Source: Vicugna vicugna
Lineage: Eukaryota
Direction: 5' to 3'
NCBI GenBank assembly: GCA_013265495.1
Contig: MU058004.1
Coordinates: 374,001-403,394, forward strand
DNA: 29,394 nucleotides
Below are positions 1-9,827 of this stretch, piece by piece (within the stretch, counting starts at the first letter, position 1; each line of letters starts with the position of its first letter). Under the pieces are notes generated by a model, which was not told the origin of the DNA, made no database searches, and saw only the letters and a list, made by a program, of their open reading frames with translations. The translations under genes and the position numbers were made by a program.

Positions 1-413
1 CGTCCAGTGTCAGCCTTGGGAGAGCGCTGGGAGGGCTTTAGCCACGCACATAGGACTCTGGCTCTTAAAATGACCCACGTTTAGAAAATACTATTCTTAG
101 CAATAAATTACAGTTGCTTATGTTGATGTATTTCAGTGTCTTAAATTATGTTTTCATGGATTACAAGTTTTCAGTGCTGGAATCAGGAATTCTCTTGGTG
201 AAATAAAATAATGGTGGTTATATTCCCATTTGACAGGAAAGACGTGTAATTTATGGGTAGAATCTTTGCAGTTACTTCTACTTCATATTTTTCTCAAGCT
301 TTTAGTGTTTCCTGGTCCTTACCTGCCAACAGGTGAACAAATCTCATAGTCATAGACAATGAAAAACATCCTTTTTCTTCCTGCAGTTGTGCTTTGGTTT
401 TTATTCAGTGTGC

Positions 414-496
414 AGGCTGTATTTTTCTTTCCTTTTTCTTTTTTCTTTTTTTTACCCTTAATATGGATTTTATTCTGTTGATGAAGGCTGTATTTT
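414..496 (-). mobile_element. Ultra-short polyadenylated retro-insertion with 12-bp target-site duplication
   Basis: aggctgtatttt at 414-425 and 485-496 flanks a T-rich tail (426-453) and ~31 nt of unique sequence containing - strand AATAAA (469-474). Confidence 0.7.
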
Positions 497-747
497 CTGG
501 TGCTGGAACTGTTTCTCCTCTGTAGGAGGAAGTCACTGGATGCTGGGCTCCCCCCTCAGGCCCCTTCTGTTTTGACAACTAATACTCTACGTTGGGGATT
601 TTCAGAATTGGTTTTTGGCAGTGGACCCCCTTTGCCAGGTCAAACCTCCCACACAACCGTGTGTGTAAAACAGTGAGTGGTGCTTTGTGTCTAGGGGTTT
701 ACTTTGTAAGCTGATGTCTGTAACTTTCATTTACTAGAGGAAGACAG

Positions 748-985
748 AGTAGCCCAGTAGAGAGGGGTGCAGACTCTGCACCCACACTGTTTAGATCCCA
801 GTCCTGCCCTGTCCCTGTCGGATTGCTGTGTAACCTTGGGTAAGTTCCTCACCTTCACTTGGCCTCAGTTTCTTCATGTGTAGAAGTGAGGATGACAAAT
901 GTCTACGTCCTCAGGCTGCTGTAAAGATAGGTGAGTTAGGACACGTGAGGCACGCAGGTGGGAGCCTGGCAGACACCCCATTGGT
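748..985 (+). mobile_element. MIR SINE (degenerate; ends approximate)
   Basis: MIR core-like sequence gctgtgtaaccttgggtaagttcctcaccttcacttggcctcagtttcttcatgtgtagaagtgaggatgac...cctcaggctgctgtaaagat. Confidence 0.75.
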
Positions 986-1039
986 GCGTCAGTGTTTCTC
1001 TACGAGGGTGGTCCGTGGGCTAGAGTCACCTCCCGTCAG

Positions 1040-1270
1040 TCTAGCCGGCTTCTACTCTTTATTTTGTTCTCGTGGCATAGTGAATTAAAACAACTCTGCT
1101 TTATACAGAAAAATAGTTACAAAATATTTTGAGAAAGGTTAACTTGCAAATTTCAGGATACTTTTTACTTAAATTGATCCAGAAACCTAGTAGTTACAGA
1201 CTTAAGTTTCGTGGAATCATTAGTAGCATATTAACAACTGTTTCTTAATTAATGAAATGTTTTTGATAAA
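1040..1270 (-). mobile_element. hAT/Charlie-type DNA transposon fossil (transposase C-terminal dimerisation region)
   Basis: The - strand reads FWINLSKKYPEICKLTFLK (1184-1128), then frameshifted TIFLYKAELF and YATRTK*R. This parallels the hAT C-terminal consensus FW...YPEL...ALK...STYLCE.GFS...KTK.RNRL. Confidence 0.6.
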
Positions 1271-3369
1271 CCTTGGACTTCCTAGAAAAATAAGTCACAG
1301 TGCTGTGTGTGTTCCCTTTCCCTGCTCAGCTGCACTGAGTCTGGGACAGGCACTTGCGAGCTCCTGGTGAATTTGACAGGGACCCGACGGGGCCATGCGG
1401 TGCTTACTGGTGGTGCATTTAAGAACCTCCTGTGTGCACTTGCAGGTTAGCTGCTGCTGCATTTCTGGTGGCTGACTCAACAGAAGATCGGCAGAAGACT
1501 TGACCTTGTTCCTTTTTTTATCTGTGAGCTTGCTCTCCTGAACAAGGAATGAACTGTGCCTGTGTTGTGGGCTCATCTCCGGGGTGCCTGTGGCTGTGAG
1601 AAGGGGCCTTGGTGATGGGTGGTGAGCAGGCGCCTCATGTGGGTGTGCCCACCACAGCACGCGAGCCGGCAGTGCCGGGAGTCGTCTTGGGCATTCTGGG
1701 CCTGCGTGGAGGTAGCTTTCTCCTTTGAGGTGTTATGGGTCCGGCGTCTTGTGCTCAGAGCAGCACGGCCCTGCTTAAGGAAGGCGTGGAGCCCTGGGAG
1801 CACAGCTGTGTGTCCGTGCAGGGTGCTGCGGGTCTGGGTGTAGACTCACACACACACCCTCCAAGCACCTACTAGAAGGGAGGGTCACATCATAATCTGA
1901 ACGCAGATGTGTCGGGGAGATACATCTGGATAAAGTGCTATATCCAGCGGTTGCAGAAATAAAGGAGTACCTGTAAAAAGTCAGTTCTGCTCTTAGTTCA
2001 GAAGCACAACCGTCTGAATCCTGAAGGTGACTGGAGCTGCTATAGCCCCGGCTTGGGGAGCTTGCAGGGCACCAGTAGGGGCAGCGGGGTCCAGAGGCGT
2101 CCCCTGGTCTTCAGCAGCACTCACCTTCCCCTCTGTGCGGCCAGTGCTCACGCTTAGGACAATGGCAGCCACGAGCAGGGGCAGAAGGACCCTGAGGCCC
2201 GGGGGGATGCTGTGACAGGCGGGGCAGCGGGCAAGGCTCTCCTTCCCGGGCCTCTGGGTTCTGCGTGGGATGCAGTGGTGAGGAAGGTGGGTGCCAGGTG
2301 TCTGGAGCCTGTTTCGTGTCCTCCTGGATCTGTCTGCTGTGCGGCCCATGCGGCCAGGGGCGTCTGGAGAAGCAGACGTTGTGGAGCATGCCCACCTGCA
2401 GCAACTCGCCCGCGGCCCTCTCAGGACCAGCCCTTGGGGCCTGGGGCGTGGAGGCTCTGGTGGCAACCTCAGGCCTCCCTTTGGGAGACCCTGCCTCTCC
2501 AGCAGCAGGAGGTGGGGGTCAGACACCCTCAGGTGCTGTGGAAGGTGCTCTCTGGGGTGGCGGCCGCTGTGGGGCTGGGGCTTAGACGTGCTCCCTGACT
2601 CTCCTGGATGTGGGGTCTCCCTTTGACGGCTTCTGCTCTTCCCCAGAAAGCCTCTTGTGCCCGTTTCTCTGCCTCTTTGGTTGATGCTGAGAAAGCTGCT
2701 TTATTTTTTTTTTCTTTCCAGAGTTAAATCTCAGAGACCAAAGGTGTTTACAGTGGTCAGACTGCTTGTTTGTCTTAACTCCTAACTCTCAACATCTTTG
2801 TAATCTTGATATTGATGTGTTTTTGAATTGCATCTGAGTCAGCGAGAAATAGGCACTAAGGTAAAACAAAATAGTTCTGATTTCATAAAATACTGGTTTT
2901 TCTCTTAGAAAGAGACTTAGAGAAAAATTACAGACTGTATCATTTAAATTAAAACTTTTAAAAAACTTTACAATGGAACATATTATGCTTTTAACAGAAA
3001 ATTTAGGTGATGTCTTCACGCGAAGTACTTCAGCTTCACACCCTGTCTGGTGGGTTCTCCGTCTGGGTCACACTTTGAGGCTGATGCCTGCTGGCCCGTC
3101 TTCATCCTCCTGTGAACGTGGTCACATCTCGCTAAAGGAGTGACTCACTGCCTTTAGAACCCGAGAAGACTTACGATGCTGACAAATCCAGCATTAATAA
3201 GTTTGAAGCCTCAGTGCTCACGTAGTGTTGTTTATAAAAGTGTTAAATGTTCTCCTTTGGCTGGATCGTATTTAAAGAATATGTGATTACCTTTTGGTAT
3301 GATTCACAGGTTTCTCTTAATAGATTTGATTCTAGAACTTACTGAACCTGCACTGGGGAAACGGTTATA

Positions 3370-3489
3370 CTCCTACTGGGTCCCACAACTCTTCGTCTTG
3401 CAAAACTGAAAGTCTGTCCCCATCAAACACTGACTCTTCCTCCCCCAGACCATGGCAACCACCATCCTACTTTCTGTCTCTATGAATTT
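3370..3489 (-). mobile_element. Old L1 (L1MA/MB-like) 3' end, left part, split by the younger L1
   Basis: ccccagaccatggcaaccaccatcctactttctgtctctatgaattt is typical old-L1 3'UTR antisense sequence and continues seamlessly at 6207. Confidence 0.7.
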
Positions 3490-6191
3490 TTTTTTAATTG
3501 AAGTACCGTCAGTTACAGTGTGTTAATTTCTGGTGTACAGAACAATGTCCCAGTCATGCATATACATACCTATATTCGTTTTCATATTCTTTTTCATTAA
3601 AGGTTATTACAAGATATTGAACGTAGTTCCCTGTGCTATACTGTAGAAATTTTTTTTTAAATCGATTTTTATATATAGTGGCTAACATTTGTAAATCTCA
3701 AACTCCCAAATGCATCCCTTCCTACCCCCTTTCCCTGGTAACCATAAGATTGTTTACTATTTACTATGTCTGTGAGTCTGTTTCTGTTTTGTGGATGAGT
3801 TCATAGTGTCTGGTTTTTTATTTTTGGATTCCACATATAAGTGATATCACATGATATTTTTCTCTCTCTTTCTGGCTTCATTTAGAATGACGATCTTTAG
3901 GTCCATCCCTGTTGCTGCAAATGGCATTGTTTTATCATTTTTATGGCTGAGTAGTATTCCATTGTATAAATATATCACATCTTCTTTATCCAGTCATCTG
4001 TCAGTGGACATTTAGGTTGCTTCCGTGCCTTGGCTATTGTAAATAGTGCTGTTATGAACATTGGGGTGCATGTATCTTTTCAAATTAGAGTTCCCTCCGG
4101 ATATATGCCCAGGAGTGGGATTGATGGATCATATGATAAGTCTGTTTTTAGTTTTTTGAGGAATCTCCATATTGTTTTACGTAACAGCTTCACCAAACTA
4201 CATTCCCATCAGCAGTGTAGGAGGGTTCCCTTTTCTCCACAGCCTCTCCAGCATTTGTGGACTTTTGAATGACAGCCATTCTGGTGATACCTCATTGTAG
4301 TTTTGATTTGCATTTCTCTGATAATTAGTGATATTGAGCATTTTTCCATGTGCCTATTGGCCATTTGCTTGTCTTCATTGGAGAACTGCGTTTAGGTCTT
4401 CTGCCCATTTTTGGATTGGGTTGTTTGTTTTTTTCTTATTAAGTTGTATGAGCTGTTTATATATTCTGGAAATTAAGCCTTTGTCAGTCACATCATTTGC
4501 AAATATTTTCTCCCATTCAATAAGTTGTCATTTTGTTTTGCTTATGGTTTCCTTTGCTGTGCAAAAGCTTATAAATTTAATTAGGCCCCATTTGTTTATT
4601 TTTGCTCTTATTTCCTTTGCCTGGGTAGACTGTCCTAGGAGAATATTTCTAAGATTTATGTCAGAGAATGTTTTGTCAATGTTTTCTTCTAGGAAGTTTA
4701 TGGTATCTTGTCTTATATTTAAGTCTTTAAGCCATTTTGAGTTTATTTTTGTGTATGGTGTAAGGGAGTGTTGTAGCTTCATTGATTTACATGCTGCTGT
4801 CCAGTTTTTCTAACACCATTTGCTGAAGAGGCTGTCTTTATTCCATTGTATATTCTTGCCTCCTTTGTCAAAGATTAGTTGACCATAGGTCTGTGGGTTT
4901 ATTTCTGGGCTCTCTGTTCTGTTCCATTGATCCATATGTCTGTTTTTATGCCAGTACCACACTGTTTTGATTACTGTAGCTCTGTAGTGTTGTCTCAATT
5001 CTGAGAGGGTTATTCCTCCAGCTTCATTCTTTTTCTTCAATATTGCTTTGGCAATTCTGGGTCTTTTGTGATTCCATATAAATTTTAGGATTATTTGTTC
5101 TAGTACTATAAAAAATGTCCTGGGTAATTTGATAGGGATTGTATTGTATCTGTAGATTACCATGAGTAGTATGGCCATTTTAACGATATTGATTCTTCCC
5201 ATCCAGGAGCATGGGATATCTTTCCATTTCTTTAAGTCTTCTTTAGTTTCCTTAATCGGTGTTTTTTAGTTCTCCATGTATAAGTCTTTGACTTCTTTGG
5301 TCAGATTTGTTCCTATTTTATTGTTTTGGATGCAATTTTAAAAGGGACTTCTTCTTTACTTTCTTTTCCTGCTCATTCATTGTGAGTAAAGAAATAAATT
5401 GGCTTCTGTGCGTTAATCTTGTACCTGCTGCCTTGCGGGATTCTTCTGCCAGCTCTAGTGGTTTTGTGTGGGGCTTTTAGAGTTTTCTACATATGGTATC
5501 ATGCCATCTGCATGTAGTGACAGTTTTACCTCTTCTCTTCCAACTTGGATCCCTTTTATTTCTTTTTCTTGCCTGATTGTTGTGACTAGGGCTTCCAACA
5601 CTGTTTTGAATAGAAGTGGTGAGAGTGGACATCCTTGTCTTGTCTTGGGTTTTAGTGGGAAGGTTTTCAGTTTTTCACCACTGAGTACTATGCTGGCTGT
5701 AGGTTTGTTGTAAATGGCTTCTATTATGTTAAGATATGTTCCCTCTGTACTCACTTTGAATTTTATCAAATACTTTTTCTGCATCTATTGAGATGATCAT
5801 GTGGATTTTGTCCTTTCTTTTGTGGATGTGGTATATCACGTCGATTGATTTGTGTATGTTGAACCATCCTTGTAACCCTGGAATGAATGCAACTTGATCC
5901 GGTGTATGATTTTTTTAATGTGCTGTTGGATTCTGTTTGCTAATATTTTGTTGAGGATTTTTGTGTCTATGTTCATCAGTGATACTGGCCTGTAATTTTC
6001 TTTTTTGCTAGTGTCTTTGTCTGGTTTTGGTATCAGGGTAATGGTGGCTTCATAGAATGAGTTTGGGAGTATTCCCTCCTTTTCAATCTTTTGGAAGAGT
6101 TTGAGAAGGACCGGTATGAGTTCTTCGTATGTTTGGTAGAATTCCCCAGTGAATTCCCCATCTGATCCTGGACTTTTGTTTGCAGGGAGAT
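3490..6191 (-). mobile_element. Young lineage-specific LINE-1, 5'-truncated (~2.7 kb: RT-to-C-terminus of ORF2 plus 3'UTR), inactive
   Basis: ORF2 peptides ([42 protein letters not shown]) in several frames; short poly(T) at ~3487-3495; 15-bp TSD tgtctctatgaattt at 3475-3489 and 6192-6206. Confidence 0.95.
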
Positions 6192-6206
6192 TGTCTCTAT
6201 GAATTT

Positions 6207-7150
6207 GACTCCTCCAGGGACCTCATATAAGTGGAGTCACACAGTATTTGTCCTTTTGTGATGGCTTACTGCACTTCATATAATGTCCTTAAGGTTCATC
6301 CATGTTGTTCCATATGCCAGAATTTCCTTCTTTTTAAAGGCTGAATAATATTCCACCATGTGGATGGACCGTGTTTTGTTTGCCCCTCAGTAGATGTTTG
6401 GATTGCTTCTACCTCTTTGGCTGTTGGGAATAATGCTGCTGTACACACGCATGTGAAAATATTTCTTCACAACCTTTCTTTCAGTTCTTTTGAATATATA
6501 CCAACAAGTGGGATTGCTGGTTCATGTGGGAGTTCTTGTTTTATTTTTTAATTTTTCGAGGAACTACCTTACTGTCTCCGGTAGCGGCTGCACCAGCAAT
6601 GCTTAAGGGTTCCTATTTCTGCACATCTTTGCTTGTTAGTTTCTGGGGATTTTTGTAGTGACTGTCGTAATGGGTGTGGAAGGGTATCTCGTTGGTTTTG
6701 ATTTGCATTTCTGTTATATTATTGATGTGCATTTTTTCGTAAGTGTCGGACACATACTGTCTTTAGAGAAATGTCTACTCAAATCCTTTGCCCGGTTTTT
6801 TAATCCAGATACTTGATTTTTCTGTTTTATTGTTGTTGGGTTGTAAGAGTTCATGTTTTTTTGATGTTAACCCCTTTCCAGGTATAGGATTGCAAACACC
6901 TTCTTCCATTCTGTAGGTTGCCTTTGCACGTTAAGTCCTTTAATGCACCAGAGTGTTTAAGTCTCACGTGGTCCCCTTTGTTTTTCCTTTTGTTGCCTGT
7001 GCTTCTGACATCGTGTCCAGGTCCCGCGTCATGAAGCTTTTCACCTTTGTTTTCTTCCAGGAGTTTTATGGTTTTGGGTCTTGCATGTAGGTCTTTAACC
7101 CATTTTGAGTTCATGTTTGTGAGGGGTAGGCCCCCTCTTGTGTGTGGGTG
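6207..7150 (-). mobile_element. Old L1 (L1MA/MB-like), right part: 3'UTR and ORF2 C-terminus
   Basis: gactcctccagggacctcatataagtggagtcacacagtatttgtcc 3'UTR motif; ORF2-like peptide MNSKWVKDLHARPKTIKLLEENKGEKLHD in ORF 6851..7333. Confidence 0.8.
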
Positions 7151-8088
7151 GAGAGCAGTCTTCCCGGCAGAGCTGTGACCTCTCCAGTCGTGAGCGTCCT
7201 CGAGGGAAAACCCAAGGCTCAGGGTTGACAGCGCTCGTCTCCCAGGCCTGGTGAGGGCCTTCAGGGGACAGGTGGCGCCTCTGTAGGTGGAGGCGTGTCC
7301 TGCACCTTGGGGTCCAGGACCCTGGGCCGGCAAGGGTCTGCAGCCACACGGCGAGCTGCGAGGGGTAAGGACTGGATCATTGAGGTTGTGGGGCTTGGAC
7401 GGGGGCTCGTCCTGTCACAGCGGAGTCCCTGGGGTGGCCAGTGCGTCAGGATGTCAGGTCGTTTCTGTGGATGACGCTCAGTGCGGCGTCTCCTCCAGTT
7501 TCCACCAGGCCTTGGAGCGTACATTTCTCCTGGAGCGGGCGGGGGACTCTGGGACCATCTTGCGCAGCCCTGATGAATGGGCAGAGGTCGAGCTTAGGCT
7601 AATCTGATTCTCGGAGGTTTTGGTTCCTCTCTTGCGCTTTGTTGTGCCCTCCCTACCCCAGAGCTCGCGGTCGTGACAGGTGGCTGGGGGCTCAGGGACG
7701 AGGGTGCTGGTCCTCTCCTGTCCTGTGCACTGCCAAGGCCCCGTGGACGTTTGAGGGCACGTGGGGTGTCCAGAGGGGAAGGTGTTTGCAGTGATAGAGG
7801 AACCTCAGCTTTTACATCAGGGCTTTGGCAGCCTTTCGGAGAGCTCACCGATTTGGGGCACCTTAAGATGTGGTTTAGCTGTTTCATACCTTCTGCTGTG
7901 TTGCTGCTCAGGTGCTCCGGGTCCACACAGGACACAGGACACAGCCCTTGGTGACGGGGGCCGAGAAGTCCTAGCCAGTCCCCATCAGTTCCGACTGCTG
8001 ATTAAAAATCACATGCTGACCGTTAGGTTTTTCCTTTCTTCTTTTTTTAATTGTAAATCTGCACCCTGATGTCTGGTTATCGTTGCAG

Positions 8089-8190
8089 AGTTTCTGGAAG
8101 GAGGAGTTGGCCACATCGAAATGCTCTTTCGCTGCAACTATTTGGCTTTAGTTGGTGGAGGGAAAAAGCCCAAATACCCTCCGAACAAAG
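8089..8190 (+). CDS. WDR45B: WDR45B (WIPI3) coding exon 3, 102 bp
   Basis: Acceptor ttgcag|AG and donor AAG|gtaaag. Encodes (E)[33 protein letters not shown], matching WDR45B as recalled. Phase 1-1. Confidence 0.97.
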
Positions 8191-9739
8191 GTAAAGTAGT
8201 CATGCGTGTGGGCAGTCACGTCTCGAGCTTCTCAGAATCTCTGAGGCCCTGAGATTGTGAAGGACTAGTCACTGGGGAAGAAGCGTCTGGAAAGAGAGGG
8301 TCTTTCCCGCTCCCGGGAGCAGAACTGCGGGACAAGGGTCCTCCTTCCCGTGGGCGCGGAGCACGTGCTCTGCAGTTAGTGTTGGCTGCACACGCGGCAC
8401 CCCGAGCCCCGATCCTGTTTTGTTCTGGGAGTTCTTCTGCGGTTGGTATCCTGGGTCGTGAGTTCAGTTTGAAGCAAGGTGTGGGGAGGCTCTTTTCCTT
8501 CAGAGGAACACAGACAGGTCATCACGTAGAACAAGCCACAGACTCACAGAAACACACGACAAAGAACCACGTTGGCGCTGGGTCGAGGGGTGTTTTTCTT
8601 GGTGTGCGTGTGAGTCGCGTGCTCAAAGCGACGGCTTGTGTGAAGGGCATGGTCTTCTGAAGGGAAGGAGGAACAGACCCTTCACAACTGTGTAGCTGTG
8701 TAAGTAGGTACCGCTGGGGGAAGAGGAAGAAACGCAGGAAAGGGGGGAGCCCCAGGAGAGGTGCGGGTGGGCCCAGACCCCACGGACCTCGGTGCCAGCT
8801 GAGGCTGTGGTCGGGAAGAGTGCCATCGGGTCTGAGACACAGAGTGTACGGCTGGACATTCTCGTCCAGACTCCGAGGTTGTTGGCAGGAAGGGAGCCAT
8901 GTTCGCTGAAAGAGGCTGGGGAGCGGAGCAAGTGTGCCTGTCGGGCAGATGCTGGAGAGAGGAGAGGTCGGGGTGGCCCTGGGACCAGTACAGACTGCTG
9001 GACACCCCAGTGACAGGTTCCACAGTGTTGGGGCAGTGGAGACCACCCTCTCTCGTGGTTTGGCGGGGAGAGAAGGCATGTGGTGAGGGAGGGCCCCCCA
9101 CAAAGAGTGAAGATGAGAGTGAGCAGGGCCTGCGTGGGCCCGTGCACGGGGAGCAGCCCGGGCAGCAGCGGGGACGGGGACTAGGCGGCCAGGGCCCGGC
9201 TGGCAGCTCTCAGTGGAGCCTTGGGGTCGTGTGGATGTCCTGTGGGAGGTGGAGCTGGAGGCTGGAGGGCAGGAAACCTGGCTGCTGTCCAGTCTTGCTA
9301 GCCTGGCCACACGGGCAGAGCCGTGGCTGTCGGTCCTGGAGAGGCCACCCAGAAGTGACACAGAGCACCATGCTGGGGCCGGGAATGGGTGCCTGACTTG
9401 GGGATGGGCAGGGAGTCCTGCTGCTGGGTCAGTCCTTGTCTTATGACTTCCAGTGACCACTGATCGTGGACAAGGTGGGGGGTGGGGAGCCTGGCCCGCC
9501 TGTGGCACTGATGGAGGAGGGGTCGCTGTTCCCCCCCAAGGACTGGATGACCTCTGGGGTATCTTTCATCTGTAACATCTTATTCTCAGTAAAAAAAAAT
9601 TCCAAGACGTGAAAGAGCCTCAGAAGCTTTACTGACTCAGGAGAAAGCTACGTACTAACCAGATGTTTTGAGGAAACTTAAAGCTCTCTGTTGAGTGCAG
9701 TTTTTAAAGAACTCGGTCGTAACTCCTTTGTTCTTTCAG

Positions 9740-9827
9740 TGATGATCTGGGATGACCTGAAGAAGAAGACCGTTATCGAGATAGAATTTTCCACAGAGGT
9801 CAAGGCTGCCAAACTGCGGCGAGATAG
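9740..9827 (+). CDS. WDR45B: WDR45B coding exon 4, 88 bp
   Basis: Acceptor ttctttcag|TG and donor AG|gtaggt. Encodes (V)[28 protein letters not shown](R), in frame with the previous exon. Confidence 0.97.

Larger units (their letters stand above)
186..2400 (-). pseudogene. Candidate decayed antisense gene nested in WDR45B intron 2, class I cytokine receptor (OSMR/LIFR/gp130-type) ectodomain-like
   Basis: Ordered - strand segments with splice-like boundaries: a signal-peptide-like exon ending AAG|gtgagt (2125); acceptors before 1970, 1537, 733 and 519; donor CAG|gtaagg (323). Peptides TPLFLQPLDIALYPD, ESKLTDKKRNKV, PAPENTACTLN and EKYEVEVTAK...NITT. Stops and frameshifts are present. Similarity was judged by eye against remembered sequences only. 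Confidence 0.3.

Noticed and set aside
2111..2404. GCHCPKREHWPH as a possible retroviral Gag zinc knuckle
   Set aside because: Does not fit CX2CX4HX4C spacing, and no LTR, PBS or other gag/pol motifs are nearby.
4030..5713. Hydrophobic + strand ORFs (e.g. 4328..4813) resembling membrane proteins
   Set aside because: Antisense translations of A-rich L1 ORF2; a common artefact.
1..8088. WDR45B exons 1-2
   Set aside because: No sequence encoding MNLLPCNPHGNG or CFACGMENGFRVYN was found; these exons must lie upstream of the window.
8522..9508. 328-aa - strand ORF and several overlapping ORFs in WDR45B intron 3
   Set aside because: Pro/Ala/Ser/Arg-rich low-information translation, no recognisable domain, and open in multiple frames; expected from stop-poor GC-rich DNA.
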